Of a DNA stretch of 12,658 nucleotides, positions 1 through 8,161 are shown one piece after another. The first letter of the stretch is position 1; every line of letters begins with the position of its first letter. The translations under genes were made by a program, and so were the position numbers. The notes under the pieces were generated by a model. It was not told the DNA's origin and ran no database searches. It saw only the letters and a list, made by a program, of their open reading frames with translations. This DNA is from an uncultured Rikenellaceae bacterium (GTDB lineage: Bacteria; Bacteroidota; Bacteroidia; Bacteroidales; Tenuifilaceae), in the NCBI GenBank assembly GCA_964552655.1, contig CAZKHG010000043.1, positions 1 to 12,658 of the forward strand, in the 5' to 3' direction.

Positions 1-174
1 GTTAATTGAGTCCCGTGGTTCTGTCTTTTGAAAACTTGAGCGAAACACCGAATACGGCATGTAAATAGGAACATTTGCTGTGTAGGTTACGCGCTCAACA
101 GTATTTGTAGTACAACCTCCAATTATAGAAACAAGGATTGATAATGAAATTAAAGTTTTAAGCAGGGTTTTCAT
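1..174 (-). CDS. putative lipoprotein, N-terminal part (gene runs off the window start)
   Basis: Reverse-strand ATG at 174-172. Hand translation gives MKTLLKTLISLSILVSIIGGCTTNTVERVTYTANVPIYMPYSVFRSSFQKTEPRDSIN with no stop down to position 1. It has a basic n-region, a hydrophobic core and a lipobox-like IIGGC, consistent with a signal-peptidase-II lipoprotein leader. It is absent from the ORF track because there is no stop in the window. A one-mismatch TAnnTTTG-like box (TTAATTTG, reverse strand about 200-207) lies 25 nt upstream. Confidence 0.45.
   Translation of the reverse strand, partial: MKTLLKTLISLSILVSIIGGCTTNTVERVTYTANVPIYMPYSVFRSSFQKTEPRDSIN
124..142 (+). repeat. 19-nt direct repeat copy 1 (TATAGAAACAAGGATTGAT)
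   Basis: Matches 11282-11300 at 18 of 19 positions in the same orientation. It lies inside the signal-peptide coding part of the putative lipoprotein gene. Confidence 0.3.
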
Positions 175-280
175 GGTCCAATAAATTTTAGGATTTTGGC
201 AAATTAATCTTGTACTATTGCCAGATGAATTAATTGGCAAAAAGGTTGCTTATACCAATGAATAATACGCTCCTGTTGGT

Positions 281-1369
281 TTACAGGTGTCTTCTTCCAA
301 ATTTATTTTTTATCCATTTTGGAAAAATAATAGCCCCCATCACCAGGTAGGGGTAGTAGCTGATTACTCGCCAAAGAAATGCCATGGCAATAACAACCGA
401 ACCAATTATAGCGGATTGAACCGGGATAAAATCACTCAGATACCGGGTAAAAACATACTCTGCAAACCCGCTACCGCCAGGTGTTGGGCTCACAAGCATT
501 ATTATCCACATGGCCAGTTGACGACCGAAAAGAAGTATATGATCGTGAACCGGGAAAAAAGCCAGGAGCAATGCATTCACAACCAGGTATCTTGAAGTCC
601 ATGACATAAAAGTGGTGCCGAGCGCTTTGACCCAAAATTTCCAGGATTTTTTCCGAAATTCTTTAGAACTTTCAATAATATCGGTACCTGCCCGGTGTGC
701 GCCATGCTTCCACTTCCTTAAAATGGGCAGTTTAAAAATCATCATCATCAGCCATTTTAAGCCACGAGGGTTAATGAATAAACCATAGGAGAGAACAACA
801 ATATAGATCAGTTTTACACTGTAGCCGATTAAACAGAACAGAAACAGATCGGTGGCAAATTTCATGGAATCGCCAGCTATTGAGCCAATTTCAAATAAGT
901 TTTTCGATCCGATTATTATTAAAACAACCGGGAATAGAACGATAAAGTATATTTCATCAAGAAAAGAGGTGATCATTACCACGGCAGAGCTACGGCCCAC
1001 GCTAAGCCCTTCCTTATTAACGTATATAGTTGCAACTGCCGTACCCCCAACCGCCGAAGGCGTTATTGCTGATGTAAACTCCCAGAGCATAATCACACGG
1101 AAGAGCTGTCGAAAATCAAACAGTTTTTCGGTTAAAACCCTTAATCTAAGCATATAGCCAAAATCACGAAGAATCATAAAGAGAAAAGCCAGGGCAATCC
1201 AAAACACAGAAGCAATGGTAAACCTAAGGGATGAGAAAACCGCCGGGTTAAACTCTTTATAAAACATGAAAGCCACAACCCCAAGCCCTATAAATACGGG
1301 TATAAATGCACTTCTTAGCTTGATGCTTTTTAATGGATTATCGGTGATGTCCTTTGTAATTTTGTGCAT
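281..1369 (-). CDS. flippase-like domain membrane protein (lysylphosphatidylglycerol-synthase TM region / UPF0104-type, MprF flippase-domain homologue)
   Basis: 362-aa ORF with an ATG start and at least 8 hydrophobic helices. It carries two glycine-rich signatures, TPSAVGGTAVATIYVNKEG and SPTPGGSGFAEYVF, of the kind conserved in the MprF N-terminal flippase-like fold. It has no synthase or other catalytic domain, so it is a stand-alone flippase-like protein. Confidence 0.65.
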   Translation of the reverse strand: MHKITKDITDNPLKSIKLRSAFIPVFIGLGVVAFMFYKEFNPAVFSSLRFTIASVFWIALAFLFMILRDFGYMLRLRVLTEKLFDFRQLFRVIMLWEFTSAITPSAVGGTAVATIYVNKEGLSVGRSSAVVMITSFLDEIYFIVLFPVVLIIIGSKNLFEIGSIAGDSMKFATDLFLFCLIGYSVKLIYIVVLSYGLFINPRGLKWLMMMIFKLPILRKWKHGAHRAGTDIIESSKEFRKKSWKFWVKALGTTFMSWTSRYLVVNALLLAFFPVHDHILLFGRQLAMWIIMLVSPTPGGSGFAEYVFTRYLSDFIPVQSAIIGSVVIAMAFLWRVISYYPYLVMGAIIFPKWIKNKFGRRHL

Positions 1370-1396
1370 CTATGAATAAATTTAATAGCAGCTAAG

Positions 1397-1404
1397 CAAA
1401 TGTA
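1397..1404 (-). promoter_or_regulatory. candidate Bacteroidota sigma-A -7 box TACATTTG for the flippase-like gene
   Basis: Reverse-strand TACATTTG (plus-strand caaatgta) matches the TAnnTTTG consensus and sits 27 nt upstream of the ATG at 1369. No clean -33 TTTG is present. Confidence 0.3.
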
Positions 1405-1457
1405 CCAATTAATTGTTACCTATGCTTTATGGAATATTATTTTTGAGCTAAACAATA

Positions 1458-1485
1458 TTTGCCTTTTATAATCAAATTAACTTTG
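1458..1485 (+). promoter_or_regulatory. candidate Bacteroidota-type promoter for the EamA permease gene (-33 TTTG, -7 TAACTTTG)
   Basis: TTTG at 1458-1461 and TAACTTTG at 1478-1485 are spaced 20 nt start to start, as in the Bacteroides TTTG/TAnnTTTG consensus. The -7 box ends 19 nt before the ATG at 1505. Confidence 0.4.
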
Positions 1486-1504
1486 ATCTCTTTTACGTAT
1501 TCAG

Positions 1505-2401
1505 ATGATTGAAAATAAAAAGCTTCGTGCACATCTATACATAATTGGAGCAAATCTGTTTTTTGGGGTTAACTATTCAGTCGCCAAATCAGTAATGCCC
1601 AGCTATTTAAAACCCAATGCATTCAGTTTGCTTAGAATTATTGTAGCCTTTTTGCTTTACTACCTGGTTTCACGGTTTACAAGAAAGGAAAAGATACTGA
1701 AACAAGATTACTGGAGATTTATAGCTGCCGGGTTTATGGGCGTTGCTTTTAACCAGCTGATTTTTTTGTATGGGTTGAATTACACTTCGCCAATTGACTC
1801 CTCAATCATTGTAACCATTAATCCGATTTTGGTGATGATAATTGCATCACTTGCCATAGCGGAAAAGATCACAATAAGCAAGATCGTTGGCATGACGATT
1901 GGTGCATTTGGCGCCCTGTTGGTTATTCTTAACAGAGGGATTGCCGACTTTGGGTCAGATCACTTTATAGGGAACCTGATGATTTTTGCAAGTACGTTTT
2001 TTTATGCAGGTTACCTTGTTGTGGTTAAACCTTTGATGCAAAAGTACGATCCGTTAACGGTGATCCGGGGAGTATTTCTTGTAGGTTTGATTTTGATTTT
2101 CCCTTTCGGGATTGGCAGTTTGGTGCATACAAGTTGGCAAATAATTCCAGCCGGAATATGGGGATCAATTATTTTTGTTTTGATTGGACCAACATTCCTT
2201 GCCTACTTGTTTTTAAGTTGGGGTTTGCGCCAAGTAAGAGCCACCACGGTGAGTATATACAACTATTCTCAACCGGTTATTGCATCGTTTGTGGCTGTAA
2301 TCATTGGTCAGGATGTGCTTGACCCTGTTAAAATAATTGCCGCTATCCTTGTATTTCTTGGAGTTTACCTGGTTAGTCGTCCTTCCAGGAAGGAAGTGTA
2401 A
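1505..2401 (+). CDS. EamA/DMT-superfamily permease (10-TM drug/metabolite transporter family)
   Basis: 298 aa with an ATG start. It shows a two-fold repeated five-helix hydrophobic pattern throughout, typical of duplicated EamA domains, and ends in a short basic tail. Confidence 0.8.
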   Translation: MIENKKLRAHLYIIGANLFFGVNYSVAKSVMPSYLKPNAFSLLRIIVAFLLYYLVSRFTRKEKILKQDYWRFIAAGFMGVAFNQLIFLYGLNYTSPIDSSIIVTINPILVMIIASLAIAEKITISKIVGMTIGAFGALLVILNRGIADFGSDHFIGNLMIFASTFFYAGYLVVVKPLMQKYDPLTVIRGVFLVGLILIFPFGIGSLVHTSWQIIPAGIWGSIIFVLIGPTFLAYLFLSWGLRQVRATTVSIYNYSQPVIASFVAVIIGQDVLDPVKIIAAILVFLGVYLVSRPSRKEV

Positions 2402-2443
2402 CCTGTTGACTTATTCATGCTTTCTGTTTTTTCTCATTTTCGT

Positions 2444-2492
2444 AAAAAAACACCCCCAAAGTTATATATCTAACTTTGAGGGTGCACTTTTT
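2444..2492. terminator. bidirectional rho-independent terminator between convergent EamA and flotillin genes
   Basis: An A7 tract (2444-2450) is followed by a 13-nt arm CACCCCCAAAGTT (2451-2463), an 8-nt loop, a second arm AACTTTGAGGGTG (2472-2484) and a T5 tract (2488-2492). On the minus-strand RNA the stem is perfect (13 bp with one U-G wobble) and is followed by U7. On the plus-strand RNA one C-A mismatch remains. Confidence 0.7.
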
Positions 2493-2530
2493 AATTGGAA
2501 GAGTTTTTTGATCTTATCTAATAAAAACTA

Positions 2531-3952
2531 CTACTTTTCTTCCTTAGGTTTTTCTTCCTCTTCGGGTTTATTTTCTGGAACCGATTGGTCCAAAGTCTTT
2601 CCTTTAAGGTAGTTGGGCAGCTCCATTCCGGCCATTTTGAACAGCTCTTCGAAAGGCGGAATTGAACCAAGCATTCCGGAGAGGAAATTTGCCGTTGCTG
2701 GTGATTTACCGTCTTTCCCGGCTGACATGTTATCCCAAACTGTAACTTTGTCAATTTTAAGATTTTTAATGGCTTCAACCTGGGTTTTTACCAGTTCAGG
2801 AAGTTTATCGGCAATCATCATCATAACCGCATCGCGGGAGTTGCCGGCTGCTTTTGACAGTTTTTCAAAACCCTCGGCTTGCTTACTAAGGATTTGGTAA
2901 ATACCTTTTGCCTCTGCCTCCATTTTCATATAAATAGCATCTGCCTCACCTCTTGCATGACGACGGGTTTGTTCGGCCATTGCCTCAGCATCAATCTCAA
3001 TTTTTTCCTTGTTGATTTGTGCCGGAACAACAATATCAGCTTTTTGTGTAGCCTGCTCACGGCTTGCACGAACAGTTTCAGCTTGTTGTTCGGCTGCGTA
3101 GGCTTGCTCCAATGCTTTTGCCTGGTTTACCTTTTCTGCGGATATGGCTTTACGTTCAGCTTCAGCTTCTTTCTCTCTTCTTGTGGCATTAGAATTGGCA
3201 ATGGTGATTTTGGCGGTATTCTCCCCCTCTACGGCCGTGGCATCAGCAGAGGCAACCTGAACACGTTGATCCCTAAGGGCGTTGGCTTCACCAATAGAAC
3301 CGTCACGGTTCTTTTCTGCCACGCTCTTTTTGGCATCGTTAATTGCTTTAGCGGCTGCTTCTTTTCCCAGGGCAACAATATACCCAGACTCATCATTGAT
3401 ATCGGTAACGTTTACGTTGATCAGCTTCAAACCTATTTTCTTCAGTTCGGCCTCCACGTTTGATGAAACAGCGGCAAGAAACTTATCCCTGTTGCTGTTA
3501 ATCTCCTCAATATCCATGGTAGCCACAACCAAACGGAGCTGACCAAAAATGATATCTTTTGCCAGATTGCTGATATCGTCCTGGCTAAGGCCTAGTAAAC
3601 GTTCGGCAGCATTGTCCATTACACCTGGTTCTGTGGAGATCCCTACAGTAAACCTGGAGGGTACATCAACACGGATGTTCTGTTGACTCAGCGCATTGGT
3701 CAGGTTAATTTCAATTGAGAGTGGGGTTAGGTTAAGGAAAGAGTAATCCTGAATAACAGGCCAGATAAAAGCGGCACCGCCATGGATACACTTGGCCGAG
3801 CGGGCCTCGGCGCTTTTCCCCTTACCAATTTTCCCATATACAACCAAGACTCTGTCCGATGGACATCGTTTATAACGCTTAAAAAGTGATACTATCAAAA
3901 TAAAGATAAATACCACCCCGGCGATTACCAACAAAACGAAAAATTGACTCAT
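2531..3952 (-). CDS. flotillin-family (SPFH/band-7) protein, YqiK-like
   Basis: 473 aa. It has an N-terminal membrane anchor (FFVLLVIAGVVFIFILIVSLF), an SPFH domain, then a long Ala/Glu/Lys/Gln-rich coiled-coil region characteristic of flotillins, and a Glu/Lys-rich C-terminal tail. It lies immediately downstream (37 nt) of an NfeD-like gene, the usual partner arrangement. Confidence 0.85.
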   Translation of the reverse strand: MSQFFVLLVIAGVVFIFILIVSLFKRYKRCPSDRVLVVYGKIGKGKSAEARSAKCIHGGAAFIWPVIQDYSFLNLTPLSIEINLTNALSQQNIRVDVPSRFTVGISTEPGVMDNAAERLLGLSQDDISNLAKDIIFGQLRLVVATMDIEEINSNRDKFLAAVSSNVEAELKKIGLKLINVNVTDINDESGYIVALGKEAAAKAINDAKKSVAEKNRDGSIGEANALRDQRVQVASADATAVEGENTAKITIANSNATRREKEAEAERKAISAEKVNQAKALEQAYAAEQQAETVRASREQATQKADIVVPAQINKEKIEIDAEAMAEQTRRHARGEADAIYMKMEAEAKGIYQILSKQAEGFEKLSKAAGNSRDAVMMMIADKLPELVKTQVEAIKNLKIDKVTVWDNMSAGKDGKSPATANFLSGMLGSIPPFEELFKMAGMELPNYLKGKTLDQSVPENKPEEEEKPKEEK

Positions 3953-3989
3953 ATTAATTGAAATTTAATTAGTTAATAACAGGTTAAAC

Positions 3990-4586
3990 TTAAATTTTTT
4001 TTACGAGCAGAATATTTTCCCCAATCAGCTCAATTATTTCAACCACAGCACCGGTTGGAATATCATTCTCTTCATCAGTGAGTGCATCAAGGGTCATATA
4101 ACCCTGGTGCTGTACCTGTATCTTCCCAAGCGCCTTGCGTTTTGCCGGGATAAACAGATATACCGAAGCGGTCTTTCCCACAATTGACGACATATTTACA
4201 TTCCCCGATTCAGTTAGTTTCCCCATGAAATAGAAGATGGTAGCCATTAATACCATCATTATTAGGCCTGAAATCAACGAGATGAAAATTGTTAACCCGA
4301 TCGACAGCCCTGAATCTATGCAAGCTAATCCGCTCCAACCAAAAATAGTAAAAAATGCTATAAGGTTTTTTAAACTCAGTAGCTGAAACCCGATGCCATG
4401 ATCAGTATTAATGCTGGCATCGGCATCACCCGTAGCATCCAAATGACCTGAATCAGAATCGGCTCCGATAAAAGTCATGAAGATCTGGATAATAAAAATC
4501 AGGGAAAATGGGATTGCAACCATCCAATAGATTTTGGAAATTATGGATAAGCTATCCCACCATGAACCAATGCTAAGTATTTCCAT
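3990..4586 (-). CDS. NfeD-like membrane protein (YqiJ-type short NfeD, flotillin partner)
   Basis: 198 aa. It has an N-terminal TM helix, an acidic stretch (DSDSGHLDATGDADAS), further TM helices and a C-terminal soluble beta-rich domain ending VVEIIELIGENILLVKKI, consistent with an OB-fold. Its position directly upstream of flotillin matches the yqiJ-yqiK gene order. Confidence 0.65.
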   Translation of the reverse strand: MEILSIGSWWDSLSIISKIYWMVAIPFSLIFIIQIFMTFIGADSDSGHLDATGDADASINTDHGIGFQLLSLKNLIAFFTIFGWSGLACIDSGLSIGLTIFISLISGLIMMVLMATIFYFMGKLTESGNVNMSSIVGKTASVYLFIPAKRKALGKIQVQHQGYMTLDALTDEENDIPTGAVVEIIELIGENILLVKKI

Positions 4587-4674
4587 AGTAATGAAAGATT
4601 GTTTCTGTGAAGGTATTAATTTTTAAGACAGAGGGATGAATAAATTATGAAATTTTAATAAAGGATTTCATTAT

Positions 4675-6435
4675 TTATTGAAATTTAACTTTCGTTAATT
4701 CAATCACCCCAACCGTTTTGCCGGGTTTGCTCCTAACATCCACTCTAAACCTGGTTGGGAATTGGTTTTGTGTTTCGGTTTGCTGGGACCTGGTGATAAT
4801 GAATTTTGAGTTATTTCCCACTTTTTGAATGGCCTGGGGCATTATTTTATTATACATTTCAACCTCCCAATTTCTAAATTCCAACCCCCAGTCTTTTGTC
4901 CAATCGTATGATACTTGCTGGAAATTAATTTCATATTGTCCAACAAAATCAAGATATGGTGTTAAATCCAATTCCAACCCGGACCATTCATTGGTGAATG
5001 AGGTTGCGTCCCAGCTCCCAATTACAATTGGCTTAAGTTTTGAAATTTGATGGAACTCATTCTTATTTTTAATAAAAAAAACAGAAAATGATTTAATGAT
5101 AGGTGGAGCAGTGGCTTTTCTAATTCTTAACCTGATTTTAGTAACGAGAATAGAATCGAAGACGTCGATTTTTTTCGTGCCTATTGATGATCCGGTGTAT
5201 AAATCAAACCACCTGTCAGAATTGAACCCTTCAAGTATATATTCTCTAACCCTTTGACCGTAAGCGATTTCCTCTTGAATAACAGCATGATTAACAGGCA
5301 TGGGTTTTTCTAAGGTAATTTCATACACATCGCCAAAACCCTTGGTTGTTGCGATTGGGTTATTAAAACGTTTTTTGATTTCGTCACCAAATGCCTTATA
5401 AACTTTTACATGCGATTCTGGAATTAGACCAGATGTGTCAGGAGTTGAATTTAGCAGCATTATTGCACCCCTGCCAACTGTCTGGTAATAAATATCCATA
5501 AGTTGATCAGGTGTTAGTATCATTGTATCGGTATTTGGAGCCCAGAACCATTTATGGCCCTTGTTAGCCAGCAAAGGCAGATCAACTTCAACTGGCGCAT
5601 AAACATCGCCGTCAGGATCAGAGGCCAAGGCAGTTGAAACGCCTGTTTCCAAATCCTCTTTTTTTAAGGTGTACCAATTTGGGTAAGGAGCAATACCATC
5701 TTCATTTCCCACCCAGCGGATTGTTGCATTTGGCCCTTGGAAAATAACAGCATTGGAAGCGTACTTTTTAATAATATCACTGACATTTATCACGCAACTG
5801 CCATCAAACCAAACCTCCCTGATGGATCCATACCGGGTGAGCACCTCGACCAGCTGTTGTCTGAAAATTTGATTGTACTCTTCCTGTTTTAACGGATCGT
5901 TGGTTTTGCCTCCGCTGCCAATCCCTGCTCCCCATTTTTCGTCACCAGGGTAAATATAAATTCCCAAATCCAACCCATATCTCTTACAAGATTTTGTGAG
6001 TTCCGCAAGCACATCACCCTTCCCATTTTTCCAGGGGATATTTCTTACGCCATATTCACTTGTTTCGGTTTGCCACCAACAAAATCCACCGGTATGTTTG
6101 GCTACGAACAGGATCATTTTTGCTCCCCATGATTTAGCCACTTCGCACCATTGATCGGTGTTTAAAAGCGAGGGGTTAATTTTTGAAAGAGGAAAGGAAA
6201 GGTCGTCGTATTCCTTGCCAGTCCATGTGGTTGGATTGAAATGTACGAACATAATCCGTTCATAGTTCTGCCATCGAAGTTGTGGGAGGGAAGGACAAGG
6301 TATCCCTTTTACCATTAGGGAAGAGTCGTAAACAAAGGCGAATTCGTTTTTCTTCGGATCATCATTTACACACCCGGATATGAGCAATACGGTAGCATAT
6401 AATACAATCAAATAATTAGTAAAACTTTTTATCAT
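4675..6435 (-). CDS. GH29-like alpha-L-fucosidase family lipoprotein (divergent)
   Basis: 586 aa with a lipoprotein signal (LLISGC). It has GH29-like blocks: ILFVAKHTGGFCWWQT (compare canonical AKHHDGFCLW), GDVLAELTKSCKRYGLDLGIY and REVWFDGS (compare the WFDG block), plus a roughly 200-aa C-terminal beta-sandwich-like tail. Identification is by remembered family motifs only. Confidence 0.55.
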   Translation of the reverse strand: MIKSFTNYLIVLYATVLLISGCVNDDPKKNEFAFVYDSSLMVKGIPCPSLPQLRWQNYERIMFVHFNPTTWTGKEYDDLSFPLSKINPSLLNTDQWCEVAKSWGAKMILFVAKHTGGFCWWQTETSEYGVRNIPWKNGKGDVLAELTKSCKRYGLDLGIYIYPGDEKWGAGIGSGGKTNDPLKQEEYNQIFRQQLVEVLTRYGSIREVWFDGSCVINVSDIIKKYASNAVIFQGPNATIRWVGNEDGIAPYPNWYTLKKEDLETGVSTALASDPDGDVYAPVEVDLPLLANKGHKWFWAPNTDTMILTPDQLMDIYYQTVGRGAIMLLNSTPDTSGLIPESHVKVYKAFGDEIKKRFNNPIATTKGFGDVYEITLEKPMPVNHAVIQEEIAYGQRVREYILEGFNSDRWFDLYTGSSIGTKKIDVFDSILVTKIRLRIRKATAPPIIKSFSVFFIKNKNEFHQISKLKPIVIGSWDATSFTNEWSGLELDLTPYLDFVGQYEINFQQVSYDWTKDWGLEFRNWEVEMYNKIMPQAIQKVGNNSKFIITRSQQTETQNQFPTRFRVDVRSKPGKTVGVIELTKVKFQ

Positions 6436-6454
6436 TCGATGAATATTTAAAAAT

Positions 6455-7549
6455 TCACAATAATGCTGAATGAATTATTTGTTGCATTTCCACTTCGAAT
6501 GAACCAGAAACTTCAGCTGATCTTTTTCGTCCATTTTCGCCAATAAATTCCCGCAAATCCTTATTTGAAAGAAGTTTAATAATCTTTTCACTTAATTCAG
6601 CTGGATTGATATGATCGATAAAAACCATCTCCTCATTCTCTTTGAAAAGTGTATGTAATCCACCAACCTTGGTGGTTATAACAGGGATTCCGAAGTGCAT
6701 AGCCTCAAGAATTACGAGTGGAAAACAATCGGTTAGTGAGGGTAGAATAAAAACCTCCGATTGAGAAATCAGTTCAGCTTTTTGCTGAGCATTAACCCCT
6801 CCCGTAAGTATTACCTTTTTTTGTAATCCAAGGCTTTGTATCAACCGGTTCAGCTTAATTTCTATTGATTTACCAGGAGCCTCACCGGCAATAATCAGCT
6901 TATAGTCAGGGTAATTGGAAGTAATTAAAGAGAATGCCCGAATTAAAACAGGGGCACCTTTTATGGGGAAAAGATTCGACAGGAAAAGGATTTGCTTTTT
7001 AGGGGCAACTTCAACTTCTGGTATTTTCTCGATGGTGTTATGAACAAAATACAAATTTGAATTTACCAGATTTAACGGGATAATTTCTTTCTCAAGAAGC
7101 CACCTGTTGACATGAATTATCTTGCAACCCCTAAAGATAAACCTGTAAAAGGACCGATAAAAGGAATTTTTGGCCTTATTGCTAATCCCTTGGTTGTCTA
7201 AGTGCAAAATGGGTATTGAGCAAAACAGCTTGATAATCATCAGAAAAAGAGAATCGCGCCAAAAACCATAGCCTACGGGCATAAAGGAAAAGTAAACCGC
7301 TTTGGGTCTAAAGGTAATCAACGCCCAAATCAGCTTAAAAAGGAGGATAATGGCAACAAAGATTTTTTTTACCCGGAATTTTCTCAAATCCTGAATTGAA
7401 GATGCGAAACGGATTTTTAACAATTTTCTTTCAAGTCCCGAATTGATAGAATCGCTTTGGTACACCAACCTGTTAATGATGCTTACTCCATGCACAGGCG
7501 GCGGGAGTTGTATGAAGTAAAGAATTCGGTTACTCCTGCTAGAATTCAA
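6455..7549 (-). CDS. glycosyltransferase family 4 (GT-B, retaining) enzyme
   Basis: 364 aa. The N-terminus has RILYFIQLPPPVHGVS (GT4 beta1 plus Gly-loop), and the C-domain has QSEVFILPSLTDCFPLVILEAMHFGIPVITTKVGG (the GT4 EX7E region). The track start at 7549 is a TTG codon, and no in-frame ATG or GTG is available near the N-terminus, so the true start is uncertain. The ORF overlaps the upstream deacetylase ORF by 11 nt. Confidence 0.8.
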   Translation of the reverse strand: MNSSRSNRILYFIQLPPPVHGVSIINRLVYQSDSINSGLERKLLKIRFASSIQDLRKFRVKKIFVAIILLFKLIWALITFRPKAVYFSFMPVGYGFWRDSLFLMIIKLFCSIPILHLDNQGISNKAKNSFYRSFYRFIFRGCKIIHVNRWLLEKEIIPLNLVNSNLYFVHNTIEKIPEVEVAPKKQILFLSNLFPIKGAPVLIRAFSLITSNYPDYKLIIAGEAPGKSIEIKLNRLIQSLGLQKKVILTGGVNAQQKAELISQSEVFILPSLTDCFPLVILEAMHFGIPVITTKVGGLHTLFKENEEMVFIDHINPAELSEKIIKLLSNKDLREFIGENGRKRSAEVSGSFEVEMQQIIHSALL

Positions 7550-8153
7550 TAGGCTTGAATTTTAATCCTTTATTTGAAATGGCTTCCAACACCCTTGGTA
7601 GTGAGTAACGAATACTCCGCTCGGCTTTTTTGGAGTCGTGAAAAACTATAATAGCCCCCGGGTGCAGGTTGTCCAGCACATACTTAACTACTTTTCGCGG
7701 AGAAACCCTCTTGCTATAGTCCATACTTAGTACATCCCACATGATCACCTTGTACCTTTTCTTTAACAGCCGGTATTGTGATGGTTTTATCCGCCCATAC
7801 GGAGGCCTGAAAAGATTGCTTTTTAAAAACCCGTTGGCAAAATCAATATCCTGAATGTATTGGCTGTTTTCCGTTGCCCAACCCTTTAAATGGCTGTACG
7901 TGTGGTTTCCAATTGCATGACCCTCAGCATTAATTCTTTCTAAAATTTCCGGGTTCAGTTCTGCATTTTTCCCCAGACAAAAAAAGGTTGCCCTGGCGTT
8001 ATATTTTGCCAGCTGATCGAGGACCCAGGGGGTAATCCCTTGGGTGGGACCATCATCAAAGGTTAAAAACACAGCCTCCTTCTCATCGGGGAAACACCAG
8101 ATGAGGTTTGGGAAAAACCTGGTGAAAAATTTTGGAGGGCTGAGGTTAATCAT
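7539..8153 (-). CDS. polysaccharide deacetylase, CE4 / NodB-homology domain, apparently cytoplasmic
   Basis: 204 aa. It carries TFDDGP (CE4 motif 1, metal-binding Asp-Asp), GNHTYSH (motif 2, His-x-x-x-His), RPPYG and a later His in IIVFHD. There is no signal peptide or TM helix. Its start lies 8 nt after the stop of the upstream DUF2723 ORF. Confidence 0.85.
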   Translation of the reverse strand: MINLSPPKFFTRFFPNLIWCFPDEKEAVFLTFDDGPTQGITPWVLDQLAKYNARATFFCLGKNAELNPEILERINAEGHAIGNHTYSHLKGWATENSQYIQDIDFANGFLKSNLFRPPYGRIKPSQYRLLKKRYKVIMWDVLSMDYSKRVSPRKVVKYVLDNLHPGAIIVFHDSKKAERSIRYSLPRVLEAISNKGLKFKPIEF

Positions 8154-8161
8154 TCAATATG

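Noticed and set aside
218-240. Inverted repeat TTGCCA-N11-TGGCAA upstream of the putative lipoprotein gene
   Set aside because: A 6-bp palindrome with variable spacing is expected many times by chance in 12.7 kb. It has no flanking conservation that I can assess.
287-1157. Plus-strand ORFs 287-595 and 852-1157, antisense to the flippase-like gene
   Set aside because: They are embedded in a strongly membrane-protein-like minus-strand CDS. They are low-complexity with no motifs, and are typical antisense artefacts.
2337-2778. ORFs 2337-2612 (+) and 2518-2778 (-), spanning the terminator and the flotillin 3' end
   Set aside because: They overlap the intrinsic terminator and the flotillin C-terminal codons in other frames. 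The sequence there is explained by those features.
2613-3542. Plus-strand ORFs of 86-194 aa (2613-2900, 2879-3463, 3282-3542), antisense to the flotillin gene
   Set aside because: They lie entirely inside a well-supported minus-strand CDS. Their Cys/Phe/Leu-rich translations are the expected mirror of Glu/Ala/Lys-rich coiled-coil codons, and they have no promoter or domain support.
4638-4670. Hairpin TGAAAT-N11-ATTTCA just downstream of the GH29-like stop
   Set aside because: It has only a 6-bp, almost purely A-U stem with a large loop and no clean U-tract. It is too weak to call a terminator, though read-through into the NfeD-flotillin pair remains possible.
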